A stretch of 64,000 nucleotides of DNA. Source: Candidatus Terraquivivens tengchongensis. GTDB lineage: Archaea; Thermoproteota; Nitrososphaeria_A; Caldarchaeales; Wolframiiraptoraceae. A program made the position numbers and the translations under genes. Numbering within the stretch: the stretch's first letter is position 1; every line of letters begins with the position of its first letter. The stretch is taken from the NCBI GenBank assembly GCA_023261845.1, contig JALNJZ010000005.1, forward strand, positions 39,237 to 103,236, in the 5' to 3' direction. Below are positions 19,835-30,548 of this stretch, piece by piece. The notes beneath the pieces are model-generated. The model was not told the DNA's origin. It did not search any database and saw nothing but the letters and a program-made list of their open reading frames with translations.

Positions 19835-20375
19835 CTTTTAGCACGTCCTTAATCCTTTCTGCCAGCTCCATGGGCAACCTATCCCGGTTCTCGAAGGTTA
19901 CCACTATACTCTTACCACCCACGAGCTTCCTTATCTCATCGAGCAGTTCGTCGCTCGCCCTGTAGTGTATCGTAAGCACGGCTGGTTTATCCGTCGCTAA
20001 AAGCTTCCTCACAGCTTCCTTAAACCTATGGCTTTTCAGCTCCATCGGTCCGACCTCGTCCACAACAACGACGTCGAACTGGTTGGCCGATTCTATAGCC
20101 CTGACACCGACATCTTCTAAGTCCCTCAAGTTTACCAAATATCTACCGACCCTCGGTCCTGAGCCGTAACCCACCTGAGCCAGCGTACCAGTCTTGCCCG
20201 TGGCTATGTCCACTATCTCGAACCCAACTCTGCTCCCAGAAGACCTAACCTCCCTCGTGTACATCCCTCCTACGCTGAACCCCATACGTTTCAGAATCTC
20301 GACGAGCCTTAGCACCACAGTTGTCTTTCCACTTCCCGGAGCTCCAGTAAGCACGAAAAGCTTTTCGACGTTCAT
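19824..20375 (-). CDS. Nucleoside-triphosphatase (NTPase_1/THEP1)
   Basis: TGAPGSGKTT, GGMYTREVR, DEVGPME. Confidence 0.9.
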   Translation of the reverse strand: MNVEKLFVLTGAPGSGKTTVVLRLVEILKRMGFSVGGMYTREVRSSGSRVGFEIVDIATGKTGTLAQVGYGSGPRVGRYLVNLRDLEDVGVRAIESANQFDVVVVDEVGPMELKSHRFKEAVRKLLATDKPAVLTIHYRASDELLDEIRKLVGGKSIVVTFENRDRLPMELAERIKDVLKGGA

Positions 20376-20378
20376 GAC

Positions 20379-21035
20379 CTATTCCTTCCCAAAACCATAT
20401 AGCTTCGCCTGAAGGAGCTTATCAACGGTTTTCCACCCCCTCCTTACGCAGGAAGGGACTTCGCCCTTATCCCTTAAGCACCTAACCAGAAACTCGATGG
20501 TTCTCTTGTCCGATGAATACCCAGAACCTAAATCCCCATAGACCTCGGAGAGCTTGGTCAGCATGCCGTCCCTCCTTACCTTCGCAAGTATCGAGGCAGC
20601 CGCCACAACCTCGTAGCGGGAGTCTGCCTTGTGCTCGCATACGATACGGGGAGAGTAATCGAGCATCGCCAATATCCTTTCCGCATACCTAGCAGGCTTT
20701 ACATCCGGAGAGTCTATGTACGCCACGTCCGGCCTAAGGTTTCTGATGATTTCTGCAGTCGCATTTGCCTCCAGCGCGTTTATACTAGGTCCAGACCTCC
20801 TCCTTAGGTATCTGTCCACCTCGGATGCGTCCAAGACAACCTCGTAAACATTAACGTTCAAGCTCAAGATTTTTTGGTAAAGCTTCTCCCTAGCTTTCCT
20901 ACTCAAGCTCTTTGAATCCCTAACACCGATATCCTTCAGTAGGGAAACGTCTTTCTCAGGAATCGAAATGCCTAATACAACCAAAGGCCCGATTACCGAG
21001 CCCCTACCAGCCTCGTCTATACCGCAGACGATCAT
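20379..21035 (-). CDS. rnhB: Ribonuclease HII
   Basis: GIDEAGRGSVIGP, DSK, AASILAKVRRD, GSGY. Confidence 0.96.
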   Translation of the reverse strand: MIVCGIDEAGRGSVIGPLVVLGISIPEKDVSLLKDIGVRDSKSLSRKAREKLYQKILSLNVNVYEVVLDASEVDRYLRRRSGPSINALEANATAEIIRNLRPDVAYIDSPDVKPARYAERILAMLDYSPRIVCEHKADSRYEVVAAASILAKVRRDGMLTKLSEVYGDLGSGYSSDKRTIEFLVRCLRDKGEVPSCVRRGWKTVDKLLQAKLYGFGKE

Positions 21036-21742
21036 TTTTTATTTTGCCTTCTTGGCGAATATCTTGCCAAGACCATGATATGGTCCTGCTCATACTTTCC
21101 CAAGTCAACTTTCTCAAGCACGACGAAGCCGCTACCTTCTAGTACCGCGATCTCCTGCCTGTAGACTTTGCTGGGCTCTTCGGTGCTATCTATGCTCCTC
21201 GCCTTTATCGCTATCATGGCCAGACCGTCATCCTTTAGCATGAGCCTAGCATTCTCAGCAAGTATCTTAGCCTGTTCTGGTTGGGCGATATCACAGTAGA
21301 TGAAATCTACCTGACCTACGATAGGTTTGTAGGTTATGGGGAACCTGGCATCCGCGTATATTGCGACGACGTTCTTCCTTCTATCGGCGACGTTACGTTT
21401 AAACTGGGCCAAAACCATCGGCGCGAAGTCGACGCCGTAAAGCATACCCTTCTCGCCGATTATGTCAGAGACGTGACTTGCCGTCGTCCCTGATGCGACG
21501 CCTAGGTACAGCACCCTACATCCTGGTGTTATACCTATCTCCTTGATGCCGGAAAGTATCGCGGCCGCAAGCTTGCTCCTGTAAGGAATCCACTCTCGAT
21601 ACTCTTCATCGCCTACCCTGAATAACCTTTCACCGTAGACCCTGAAGCCCTTATCCAAGCTTCTGGTCACGAGTATCTTCTCGTCGCCCGAGTAAAACCA
21701 ATACACGCCCTCAAACTTATCATGCTTCTCAACACTTAGCAA
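21032..21742 (-). CDS. flpA: Fibrillarin (box C/D RNP methyltransferase)
   Basis: VYGE, YREW..YRSKLAAAI, VLYLG.ASGTTASH, DIAQPEQ; likely TTG start 21742 after GGGTGA. Confidence 0.95.
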   Translation of the reverse strand: MLSVEKHDKFEGVYWFYSGDEKILVTRSLDKGFRVYGERLFRVGDEEYREWIPYRSKLAAAILSGIKEIGITPGCRVLYLGVASGTTASHVSDIIGEKGMLYGVDFAPMVLAQFKRNVADRRKNVVAIYADARFPITYKPIVGQVDFIYCDIAQPEQAKILAENARLMLKDDGLAMIAIKARSIDSTEEPSKVYRQEIAVLEGSGFVVLEKVDLGKYEQDHIMVLARYSPRRQNKK

Positions 21743-21762
21743 TCCAATCACCCAAAAGACCT

Positions 21763-22956
21763 CTAGCTCCTCCAAGGCCCTTTCGTCTTTTTTACCTTCT
21801 TCTCGCGCCTAGGAGGTTCTGCGTATTTTGTTTTTATTTCCTTTATCCTATCCTCCAAGGCCTTCCTGAGTTCAGCGCTCCTATCTTCGCGGGAGAAGTA
21901 ATCTATGCGCGCGGCTATGGATATTTTAGCCGCAAGCACTCTGGCTATTTTGCCCCTCTGCCATTTAGGCGACGTATGCACGTATGGATGTTGGAATATC
22001 AACCCGTGCTTAGGCGCGCCTCTACCAGTCTTAAGGAAGCGGAAGAGTGCTTTTTCAGCACCAAGTACCTGTATCGTGCTCGCAGGCATCTTGGCAAGCT
22101 TCTCCAAACCTCCTGCCAGCGCCAACAATTTGGAGCCGAGTATTGGCCCTGCTATAGCGGTCAAATTAGGCGCCTCGAGGCTCATGAGCGACCTGATATA
22201 ATTCTCTAAATCCTTTCTAAGCTGTATTAACCTTAGACCCTCCTCGGCGAATCTTTTTATGTACTCCTCGTCTTGCTCTAGAAGGTTTGCGCCCACGGAT
22301 TTTTCCTTAGCCATGAGTATTTCTTTCAGCCTTTTACGACCTGGGATCGTCTTTGAGAGATTCTCTTCGTTCATCTTATCCCTTAAGCCTATTTTCGTTA
22401 TGATTTTCAGATAATCTTCTGGATCGTCAATCAGATCGTTTAGCTCAGGGAAGTGAATTCCGTACCACTCTCTGCAGCCCATATAAACGGTGTTTATCTG
22501 CTTCTCGACGTTCTCGTGGGCATGGACCGCTGGTATGATGAGTACATCCCTTCTACTTATTGCGACCTTGAGGCTGAGTGCTAAAGCAGCATCACAAACC
22601 ATCTTTACTTTCTGCCCATACTCCTCCCGGCTATTGACGAGCCCATTCTTTACGAACAAAAATTCTAAGTCTATGGGTTCTGGCTCTGCATACTGTATGC
22701 TCACCGCAATACCTTCCGCCAGCTTATTCAACTGCTCGAAGATCTTCGGGTCTTCGACGGTCAATAGGGAGTAGCCCTTATCCGCTAGCTCTTTGAGTAG
22801 CTCCTTTACATTAGAAGGGAGAACTCCGTTCTGTATGTTTAAGTAAATTTTTGCAGCCTCGTTCAAGTCATTGTCATAACTGCGAAAGCTTACAACCTTA
22901 TCGCCATCTAAGGCCAATATACCCAGCGGGCTTGCTAAGATACGAGCCGTAGCCAT
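21763..22956 (-). CDS. nop5: Nop5 (Nop56/58) box C/D RNP protein
   Basis: REWYGIHFPEL, APNL, LAKMPASTIQVLGAEKALF, PKHGLIF. Confidence 0.95.
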   Translation of the reverse strand: MATARILASPLGILALDGDKVVSFRSYDNDLNEAAKIYLNIQNGVLPSNVKELLKELADKGYSLLTVEDPKIFEQLNKLAEGIAVSIQYAEPEPIDLEFLFVKNGLVNSREEYGQKVKMVCDAALALSLKVAISRRDVLIIPAVHAHENVEKQINTVYMGCREWYGIHFPELNDLIDDPEDYLKIITKIGLRDKMNEENLSKTIPGRKRLKEILMAKEKSVGANLLEQDEEYIKRFAEEGLRLIQLRKDLENYIRSLMSLEAPNLTAIAGPILGSKLLALAGGLEKLAKMPASTIQVLGAEKALFRFLKTGRGAPKHGLIFQHPYVHTSPKWQRGKIARVLAAKISIAARIDYFSREDRSAELRKALEDRIKEIKTKYAEPPRREKKVKKTKGPWRS

Positions 22957-23047
22957 TTTAATTCAAGATAAATCATCATCTATTAGGATATAGCTGTTGT
23001 CATAAGGTATAAATGGATGGGTGAAAGCATAATTTTGGGAATCTGAG

Positions 23048-23215
23048 ATGCCAAGCCACGGGTCTGTGACTAAGGCCGGGAAGGTAAGGTCCCAAACGCC
23101 GAAGCTAGAGGCTAAGCCGAGACGTAGCCCAGTTCCAAGGGTAAGGAACAGGAACAACTACAGGCTCAGGGTGCTTGAGGCTAAGCCGACGGAGGAAAAG
23201 AGCTTCCAGGAGTAG
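23048..23215 (+). CDS. rps30e: 30S ribosomal protein S30e (55 aa, below the ORF-track cutoff)
   Basis: Manual translation [38 protein letters not shown]... Confidence 0.95.
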   Translation: MPSHGSVTKAGKVRSQTPKLEAKPRRSPVPRVRNRNNYRLRVLEAKPTEEKSFQE

Positions 23216-24554
23216 ACAATCTTCTCTTCACCTCTTCGACGATCTGATTTATTATCAACCTAGAAGCACCTAAGCATGCATCTGGTTTCATAACCCTCTC
23301 TATCTCCTCTCTTGATAGCTTACATGCAACTTCCGGCATCTGTAGCAGGGCATCAACGAAGGATACGTCCGTTCTTTCCGATGCTTTCTGAACGATTCTG
23401 TAGGCACTAATCCTAGGAAAGCCCCTCTTCAACATTAGGTCAAGTATAAACTCGGAAAATATCCTTCCACCGGTCTTTTGGATGTTGGCTGTTATAGATT
23501 CCTCGTTAACCTTGAGTCCCCTTATCACTTCCGTTATCGTCCTGAGCGCTTCATCAAGTAAAATGAGGCTCATGGGGATTATGAAGCGCTCGTTCGCTGA
23601 GTTAGTTAAATCCCTTTCATGCCACAGCGGTATGTTATCGAGGGCAACTTGAACAAAGGGTCTAAGCAAGCGCGCTATCGAGGAGACTTTTTCGGATTTT
23701 ATGGGATTTCTTTTCACGGGAACTGCCGAGCTCCCAACCTGTCCCGGCCTGAAAGGTTCCTCGACCTCGCCTATTTCCGTCCTTTGTAAGTTTCTTATCT
23801 CCGTTGCTATTTTATCTAAAGTTGATGCGAGGATTGCGGCGAAGAAGACAACCTCTGCATGAAGTTCCCTAGGAACGACTTGTGTTGCAGCGTCAATTGG
23901 TTTCAGGGCAAGCTTTTCCGCTACAAGCCTTTGGACCTCGAGTGCCCTCTCGCCCATAAGCGAGCCTGTGCCGACGACGCCTAACGTTTTACATACCAAT
24001 ACTCTTTCGAGCAGTTGCTTAAGCCTGTCGAAGTGTCTCAACATCTCGGATGCCCAGACAGCGAATTTCAAACCGAATGAGATTATGCTTGCGTGCTGTC
24101 CATGGGTTCTACCGACTGCGGGCAGGTCAGCATACCGCAGTGCCATCTCAGCCAACAGCACCGTAAGCTCGCGCATCCTACCCTCGATTATTTTCATGGC
24201 ATCCCTTATCTGTAGGGAGGTGGCCGTATCCAAGAGGTCGTTGCTCGTCAGCCCGTAGTGGACCCATGGCTTTGCATGTTCTTCGCATACATCAACCAAA
24301 ACCTCCACGACGTTTGCGGGCTCATGGCCTATTTTTTTCTCCACCTCTTTGCACTTCTCTAGCGTTACGTAGTTGAGGTTAGCCTTTGAGGCTATTTCCT
24401 TACCCGCCTCTGCAGGTATTATTCCAATTTCTGCTTGGGCCTCCGCGACCGCCGCTTCAACTGCGAGTATGTACTTAAGCCGGCCAATCTCCTCGAATAC
24501 CTCCCTCATCTCCTTGCTGCCATATCTTCCTGAATCTATAGGAAGCACGGGCAT
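23181..24554 (-). CDS. purB: Adenylosuccinate lyase
   Basis: [41 protein letters not shown]. Confidence 0.93.
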   Translation of the reverse strand: MPVLPIDSGRYGSKEMREVFEEIGRLKYILAVEAAVAEAQAEIGIIPAEAGKEIASKANLNYVTLEKCKEVEKKIGHEPANVVEVLVDVCEEHAKPWVHYGLTSNDLLDTATSLQIRDAMKIIEGRMRELTVLLAEMALRYADLPAVGRTHGQHASIISFGLKFAVWASEMLRHFDRLKQLLERVLVCKTLGVVGTGSLMGERALEVQRLVAEKLALKPIDAATQVVPRELHAEVVFFAAILASTLDKIATEIRNLQRTEIGEVEEPFRPGQVGSSAVPVKRNPIKSEKVSSIARLLRPFVQVALDNIPLWHERDLTNSANERFIIPMSLILLDEALRTITEVIRGLKVNEESITANIQKTGGRIFSEFILDLMLKRGFPRISAYRIVQKASERTDVSFVDALLQMPEVACKLSREEIERVMKPDACLGASRLIINQIVEEVKRRLSTPGSSFPPSA

Positions 24555-24615
24555 ACCTATTCCCAGCCAACATTACGAGGTTCGATGCTTTTATCCTTAA
24601 ACCGAGCCTATCCGC

Positions 24616-25521
24616 TTAGGGTTTTTCGGCAATCTTTAGCTCTCTGTGAACCTTTATAAGCCTCTTCAAAACTTCGGACTTTATTTCCCTCCAATCCTTA
24701 TCCGTAGGTGCGGAGAATCGAATCTGAACAATATAGTACTCCTTATCGCACTGCTCATTGATCGCTATATCTTCTATCTCCTTTATATCACTTAATGCAT
24801 TCCTGACCCGTTCAAGGACTAGGTCTGGGTCGTAATCTACCTTGAATTCGTAACGGACCTGTGATACTCTTTCTAGCTGATGTTTTGGTGTATAATTAAC
24901 GATTGCTGCATTAAAAATTATTCTGTTCGGTATTTTTAATTCTACACCGCTGTCTGATATCATTAAGGAGTAAAGCAGACCGACTTCTATGATTCTACCT
25001 CTATAACCGACGAAAACGTAATCAGGTGAGAAATATTTGTAACCGGGTAAGAACGCCCATTGGTAAGGCATCTCGGATGTCACAAGTCTGATGTCATCTC
25101 CGGGCTTCACGTAACCCGTAAGCAGCACTATAAGACCTGCAAAGAAGTTGCTAAGTACGGGCTGTAAAGCCAGACCGACAATAAGTCCGGAGAAAGTTCC
25201 TCCCGCAAGGGCTACCTCAGGGCTTATTCCTAAAGATGCCAGAATCACGATACCAGCTATTATGTAAGTGAAGAGTTTGAGTACATTCGTGAAAGTGTAA
25301 GCCTTATGTCCATACTTGGGTACGAGGCTCTTGAGGATTGGGCTGCTTATGCTGTAAATTATCAACACGATACCTACAGCGGCTAGAATTGCGTAAACGA
25401 CGTTAAGTGGAACGTTGGATGGAATTATACCCGCAATCCATAGGAACCATATAAGCGTAGCTAAGAAGCCTAAAATCACGATGTCCACGACTATTCTCAG
25501 AACTATGCTTCTCATGCTCAT
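24616..25521 (-). CDS. Small-conductance mechanosensitive channel (MscS family)
   Basis: Several TMs, GLALQPVLSNFFAG, KPGD, IPN. Confidence 0.88.
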   Translation of the reverse strand: MSMRSIVLRIVVDIVILGFLATLIWFLWIAGIIPSNVPLNVVYAILAAVGIVLIIYSISSPILKSLVPKYGHKAYTFTNVLKLFTYIIAGIVILASLGISPEVALAGGTFSGLIVGLALQPVLSNFFAGLIVLLTGYVKPGDDIRLVTSEMPYQWAFLPGYKYFSPDYVFVGYRGRIIEVGLLYSLMISDSGVELKIPNRIIFNAAIVNYTPKHQLERVSQVRYEFKVDYDPDLVLERVRNALSDIKEIEDIAINEQCDKEYYIVQIRFSAPTDKDWREIKSEVLKRLIKVHRELKIAEKP

Positions 25522-25642
25522 CTTATCCCCAACTCGTTTAACACGATTGGCTCCGCCTAATAATATATTAATTAATAGTAGGCCTTATATAACCGCCATG
25601 TAAGAGCTGAGTACACTTTTAAGTCTCGTGTAGTGCACCAAG

Positions 25643-25690
25643 AATTAGTTCAGCACCATCAGAAAAAATTTCGCCGATGCTGAACTAATT
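25643..25690. repeat. 48-bp inverted-repeat element, copy 1
   Basis: AATTAGTTCAGCA-22 nt-TGCTGAACTAATT with perfect 13-bp arms; second copy at 42077. Confidence 0.85.
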
Positions 25691-25786
25691 GCTGTGGTAA
25701 ACTACACCCATCGTATCATGAGCCCATGAGGGGAAAGTATTAAAAAATAAATAGGTGCGAGTTTCAAAAATATATAGGTCATCTCC

Positions 25787-27727
25787 ATGGGTCTAACAAT
25801 GACCCAAAAGATAATAAAAGAGCACCTTGTGGACGGAAGGCCCGAGCCTGGTGAGGTTGTTTCTATAAAAGTTGACCAAGTTCTGATGCAGGACGCGACG
25901 GGTACGATGGCTATGCTAGAATTCGAGGCCATGGGTATTCCGCGTATAAGAGTTCCACTAGCAGTAGTCTATGTTGACCATAACATGCTCCAGATCGATA
26001 ACCTAAACGCTGACGACCATATATTCTTAAGGACCGCGGCAGCGAAGTACGGCATATATTACTCTAGGCCGGGAAACGGTATCTGCCACCAAGTGCATTT
26101 AGAGAGGTTCGCGGCTCCTGGACAGGTATTGCTCGGTTCTGATAGCCATACACCTACAGCTGGTGGCATGGGTATGCTGGCGATAGGTGTCGGCGGTCTG
26201 GAGGTTGCATCCGCGATGGCAGGAGAGCCTTACGAATTCCAAGTACCTGAAATTGTCAAAGTCGTCCTTGAAGGCGAGCTGAAGAGACTCTGGGTTACTG
26301 CCATGGATGTTGTATTCGAGTTGTTAAGAAGGTTTACGGTCAAGGGCGGTGTCGGAAAAATATTCGAATACGTTGGCCCTGGTGTTAAGACACTCACAGT
26401 AACAGAGAGAGCGACCATCACCAATTTTGGTGCAGAATTAGGTTTAACAACATCGATATTCCCATCGGATGAGAGGACAAGGCACTACCTTGAGGCTCAA
26501 GGTAGAGTAAATGTATGGAGGGAGCTAAGTCCCGACCCCGATGCAGAATATGCAGATACAATTACCGTGAACTTGAGCGAGTTGGAGCCTTATGTCGCTA
26601 AGCCACATCAACCCGATAACATCGCGAAGATAAGCGAGCTCAAGGGCATAAAAGTTGACCAAGTTTGTATCGGAAGCTGCACGAACTCGTCGTACCAGAT
26701 AATGAAGGCAGTAGCCCAGATACTTAAGGGAAGAACAGTCGCACCGAACGTGAGCATGACGGTCTCACCAGGGTCCAGGCAGGTTTACGAGATGCTGGCA
26801 AGAGATGGTACGCTGGCCGATATAATAGCGGCAGGTGCAAGGATTCTTGAGTCGGCGTGCGGTCCTTGTATAGGCATGGGCCAGGCACCTCCTTACAAGG
26901 GCGTGTCCGTCAGATCGTTCAACAGGAACTTCAAGGGCAGGTCGGGAACGCCTGAGGCGGACGTTTATTTGGCTAACCCGCTCGTCGCAACCTACATAGC
27001 TTTGAAAGGTGAATTTGCAGACCCAAGGGAGTCCGGCATCAATATCACGTATGTTGAGGAACCAGATCGCTTTTTAGTAAACGACAACATGATAATTCCT
27101 CCGTCACCGACGCCCGAAGTTGTTGAGGTGATAAAGGGGCCAAACATAAAAGAGGTACCAGTGAAGGAGCCTTTAGCAGAGTCGTTAACCGTCAAGGTTT
27201 TGATAAAGGTCGGCGACAACATAAGCACCGACGACATACTCCCAGCGGGTGCAAAGATTCTACCACTCAGGTCCAACATACCTGAAATATCGAAGTACAC
27301 TTTCAGCAGGATAGACCCTACGTTTTACGAAAGGGCACGGGCTGCAAAGGCTGGTGTGATAGTAGGCGGCGAGAACTACGGCCAGGGCTCTTCGAGGGAG
27401 CATGCGGCAATAGCACCCATGTACTTAGGCGTGAAAGCCGTAATAGCAAAATCCCTGGCTAGAATACATAAAGAAAACTTAATCAACTTTGGGATAATCC
27501 CGCTAACGTTCAAGGATCCATCAGACTACGATAAGATAGACGTTGGTGACGAGCTAGAAATTCCAAAGCTTGCGGAGGCCGTAAGAAAAGGCGAGCCGAT
27601 AAAAATCATAAACAAGACAAAGGGTATGGAGTTCGTTACGACGTACAGCCTTATCGAGAGGCAAAAGGAAGTACTGCTGGCCGGTGGTCTTCTTCCCTAC
27701 ATAAAGGGGAAGATACAGGCATCCTGA
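25787..27727 (+). CDS. Aconitate hydratase (single-chain, Aquifex/mitochondrial-like type)
   Basis: QDATG, DHN, GICHQ, DSHT, IGSCTN, CGPCIG, SFNRNF, STD, NYGQGSSREHAA. Confidence 0.93.
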   Translation: MGLTMTQKIIKEHLVDGRPEPGEVVSIKVDQVLMQDATGTMAMLEFEAMGIPRIRVPLAVVYVDHNMLQIDNLNADDHIFLRTAAAKYGIYYSRPGNGICHQVHLERFAAPGQVLLGSDSHTPTAGGMGMLAIGVGGLEVASAMAGEPYEFQVPEIVKVVLEGELKRLWVTAMDVVFELLRRFTVKGGVGKIFEYVGPGVKTLTVTERATITNFGAELGLTTSIFPSDERTRHYLEAQGRVNVWRELSPDPDAEYADTITVNLSELEPYVAKPHQPDNIAKISELKGIKVDQVCIGSCTNSSYQIMKAVAQILKGRTVAPNVSMTVSPGSRQVYEMLARDGTLADIIAAGARILESACGPCIGMGQAPPYKGVSVRSFNRNFKGRSGTPEADVYLANPLVATYIALKGEFADPRESGINITYVEEPDRFLVNDNMIIPPSPTPEVVEVIKGPNIKEVPVKEPLAESLTVKVLIKVGDNISTDDILPAGAKILPLRSNIPEISKYTFSRIDPTFYERARAAKAGVIVGGENYGQGSSREHAAIAPMYLGVKAVIAKSLARIHKENLINFGIIPLTFKDPSDYDKIDVGDELEIPKLAEAVRKGEPIKIINKTKGMEFVTTYSLIERQKEVLLAGGLLPYIKGKIQAS

Positions 27728-27749
27728 GTACCGACTGTCATACCTATCC

Positions 27750-27786
27750 TAGTTATGCCGTCTTCGGTGATCGAAAGGTATAACTA
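27750..27786 (+). other. Stem-loop downstream of aconitase (possible terminator or RNA element)
   Basis: TAGTTATGCC...GGTATAACTA outer stem with one G-U pair, inner TTCG/CGAA stem. Confidence 0.45.
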
Positions 27787-27844
27787 TATATCTTCCCGGT
27801 CAGAAAAAACCGTGAATGCGTATAAGTAAAAACGGGTGAAAGCT

Positions 27845-28300
27845 TTGCCGACGAGGTTGAGAAAGATAAGAAAGCTCAGGGGTTCGAGGACGTGCGGCTG
27901 GGGTCAGATAGGACAGCACAGGAAGACTGGCTCTAAAGGAGGGAGGGGCATGGCGGGAAGCCATAAACACAAATGGACCTGGATTTTGAAGTATGCACCC
28001 GACTATTTCGGCAAGCATGGCTTCTTCAGACCGAATAGAAGGGTTTACAAGGCCATCAACCTGAAACAGCTCTCTGAACTCGCTGAGGTGCTTGAAAAAA
28101 GTGAAAACGTGCAAAAGGTAAACAACATGCTACTCATCAACCTCAAGTCAATGGGTATAGAAAAAGTCTTGGGCGGTGGCGAGGTTTATAAGCCGTTATT
28201 AGTCGTCGCGGAAAGGTGGACGGAGCAAGCAAGTAAAAAAATATCCAATGTCGGGGGCAAAATTATAAAACCCGATGAGCTAACCGCTTTAATAGGATAA
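27845..28300 (+). CDS. rpl15: 50S ribosomal protein L15
   Basis: RKLRGSRTCGWG, GGRGMAG, YFGKHGF, KVLGGG. Confidence 0.96.
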   Translation: MPTRLRKIRKLRGSRTCGWGQIGQHRKTGSKGGRGMAGSHKHKWTWILKYAPDYFGKHGFFRPNRRVYKAINLKQLSELAEVLEKSENVQKVNNMLLINLKSMGIEKVLGGGEVYKPLLVVAERWTEQASKKISNVGGKIIKPDELTALIG

Positions 28301-28307
28301 GGCGGAC

Positions 28308-29741
28308 GTGGAGCGATTGTCTGCAGCGAGGAAGCTTGTCGAAAACATAAGCCGGCTTATGCCGGAAGTGGCTAGACCGAAGAGGAGGGTCAGCTTAGCT
28401 GAGAAGCTTGTATGGACAGCCTTGGTCATGCTCATATATCTCATAATGGGAGAGGTGTATCTTTACGGCGTACCGAGGACCCAAGTTACTGAACACTTTT
28501 TCATACTCCATGTTGTTTTTGCTCAAAAAACTGGAACTCTGACAACGCTCGGCATCGGACCGATAGTTACAGCAGGCATACTCCTTCAGTTGCTGGTCGG
28601 TGCAGAAATTATAAAACTAGATTTAACTAAGCCCGAGGATAGAGCACTTTTCACATCTGCAAGTAAAGTTTTATCGATTGTGGTTGCCGCAATTCAAGCG
28701 CTTGCATTCAGCATGAGTGGTATGTTCGGTACACTAACGGCGGTCCAAGTGGCTTTAATATTTATCCAGCTGATGATAGCCACGTTCGTCATAATGATGC
28801 TTGATGAGTTAATACAAAGAGGCTGGGGACTCGGTAGCGGCATAAGCCTCTTCATAGCCGTCGGTGTCGCACAAGACATAATGATTAGGTTATTTTCACC
28901 CATGATCGTATCTCCTGATGGACTTTATCAGGGAGTGATATTGGCGATGTTCCAATCACTACTTTCGGGGCAAGGGTTATCTCCAGTACTCGTGCGCAGC
29001 CATAACATGCCGGACTTGATTGGTCTCCTGACAACCATTGCTCTAATTTTGGCGTTGATATATCTTAACGCAGTCGAAGTCGAGATACCGATATCATACG
29101 CTAAATTCTCGGGATTCAGGGCAAAGTACCCAGTAAAGTTGCTGTACGTCTCGGTTATACCAGTAATATTTGCTAGCATGATATTCGGCAACGTTTACTA
29201 TTTGGCATCGATGCTATGGAATAGCTACAATCAAGACGGGAAGAATGTCTTTTTGAACTTTTTAGGCACATTCGAGAGGACTGAGGCAGGCCAAATTGTG
29301 CCGACGGGCGGACTAGCTTATTATATGACCTCACCTGGTTCTATAGAAGGCTTATTGAAAGACCCAACCAGAGGTGCAGTATATGCTGGGTTGCTCATCG
29401 TGTTTTGTTTACTATTCGCTAAATTTTGGGTAAACATAGGAGGGCTAAGTCCTTCGAAGATAGCAAAGCAGCTGGTCAGTGCGGGCATGCAGGTCCCTGG
29501 ATTCAGGAGAACGCCTGAGGTTATAGAAAAAATAATAGGAAAATATATCTCGACAGTCACGATATTGGGAGCGATACTCGTGGGACTTATAGCAGGTGTC
29601 GCGGACTACACCAATACCTTCGGAACAGGTACCGGCGTCCTCCTCTTGATAGGGATTGTGTACCAGTACTACCAGCTCTTGGTTAGGGAGAGGCTTACAG
29701 AGATGTATCCAGCACTAGGTAGGCTGCTTGGTGAGGCCTAA
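28308..29741 (+). CDS. secY: Preprotein translocase SecY/Sec61alpha
   Basis: LGIGPIVTAGI, GLGSGISLFI, YVSVIPVIF, GMQVPGFR, GTGTGVLL. Confidence 0.97.
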   Translation: MERLSAARKLVENISRLMPEVARPKRRVSLAEKLVWTALVMLIYLIMGEVYLYGVPRTQVTEHFFILHVVFAQKTGTLTTLGIGPIVTAGILLQLLVGAEIIKLDLTKPEDRALFTSASKVLSIVVAAIQALAFSMSGMFGTLTAVQVALIFIQLMIATFVIMMLDELIQRGWGLGSGISLFIAVGVAQDIMIRLFSPMIVSPDGLYQGVILAMFQSLLSGQGLSPVLVRSHNMPDLIGLLTTIALILALIYLNAVEVEIPISYAKFSGFRAKYPVKLLYVSVIPVIFASMIFGNVYYLASMLWNSYNQDGKNVFLNFLGTFERTEAGQIVPTGGLAYYMTSPGSIEGLLKDPTRGAVYAGLLIVFCLLFAKFWVNIGGLSPSKIAKQLVSAGMQVPGFRRTPEVIEKIIGKYISTVTILGAILVGLIAGVADYTNTFGTGTGVLLLIGIVYQYYQLLVRERLTEMYPALGRLLGEA

Positions 29742-30253
29742 TGGATTCGAACACCCTATCCATGTTGCTCATAATAATCACAGCAATACTACTCATATCC
29801 TTAACAAACTTCATCAGGAAATCCATAATCAAAAAACAAGACATGGAAAAGATGATGGAAGCCAACTTATTCAGGCAAGAACTTATGAAGGCCAAAAGGC
29901 GCGGTGATCAGAAAACAATTCAGAAACTAGAAAAGCGGATGGACTATATAAAGAAGGTAGAGTTCGAAGTCATGAAGAAGAATTTTACGGTAATGATAAT
30001 TAGCATGGCGCTTTTTCTGGGCGCATATTGGGCCATGGCAATGTCTTTTGGTGATACTAAAGTACCCTTGCCTGGCGACTTTTTTATACCTTTTATAACT
30101 CAAGAAGGTGCGTTAACTTTTTATGGATGGTATATCCTAGCGTTCTTTGCAGTAAGTCTACCTCTGTCTAAGGCATTCGGCTTAAGTATGACGGGTGGTG
30201 GTCTTGCCGAGAAGAGCCCTCAGGACAAGAAGCAGGAAAAGAAAGCAGGTTAG
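29741..30253 (+). CDS. DUF106 / EMC3-TMCO1 (Oxa1-superfamily) membrane protein
   Basis: TM, coiled coil, two TMs, GWYIL motif; position after secY. Confidence 0.8.
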   Translation: MDSNTLSMLLIIITAILLISLTNFIRKSIIKKQDMEKMMEANLFRQELMKAKRRGDQKTIQKLEKRMDYIKKVEFEVMKKNFTVMIISMALFLGAYWAMAMSFGDTKVPLPGDFFIPFITQEGALTFYGWYILAFFAVSLPLSKAFGLSMTGGGLAEKSPQDKKQEKKAG

Positions 30254-30494
30254 AACACCGGGCGGGAGGCTCGTTACCCACTACTTTGATGAAAGGCCCG
30301 GGATGCCCCGTTGTGGTGTGTGCGGTAAACCACTGCACGGTATCCGGGTCGAAAAGCCTTCAAAGACCTCCAAAAGCGAGAGAACAATCTCAAGGATATA
30401 TGGAGGGAACGTTTGTACCTCTTGCCTAGAGGATGCGCTAGTGAATTACGCATACGATCTTTGGACCGCATATGAGACACAGGCTAGCCAGTAA
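30204..30494 (+). CDS. rpl34e: 50S ribosomal protein L34e
   Basis: RTPGGRLV.HY, CGVCGKPL.G, RIYGGNVC..C. Confidence 0.93.
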   Translation: MPRRALRTRSRKRKQVRTPGGRLVTHYFDERPGMPRCGVCGKPLHGIRVEKPSKTSKSERTISRIYGGNVCTSCLEDALVNYAYDLWTAYETQASQ

Positions 30495-30548
30495 CGCACC
30501 GTTTTTGGAAAAAGCTTTTTACGTTGGGATAATTTTTACAGTAACACC

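Noticed and set aside
25643-25690. CRISPR repeat or Xer/dif site
   Set aside because: No tandem repeat-spacer array; dif sites have about 11-bp arms around a 6-bp core, not 22 nt.
25787-27727. Aconitase as the AcnX phosphomevalonate dehydratase
   Set aside because: It has the full canonical single-chain aconitase motif set with three cluster cysteines; AcnX is a different family.
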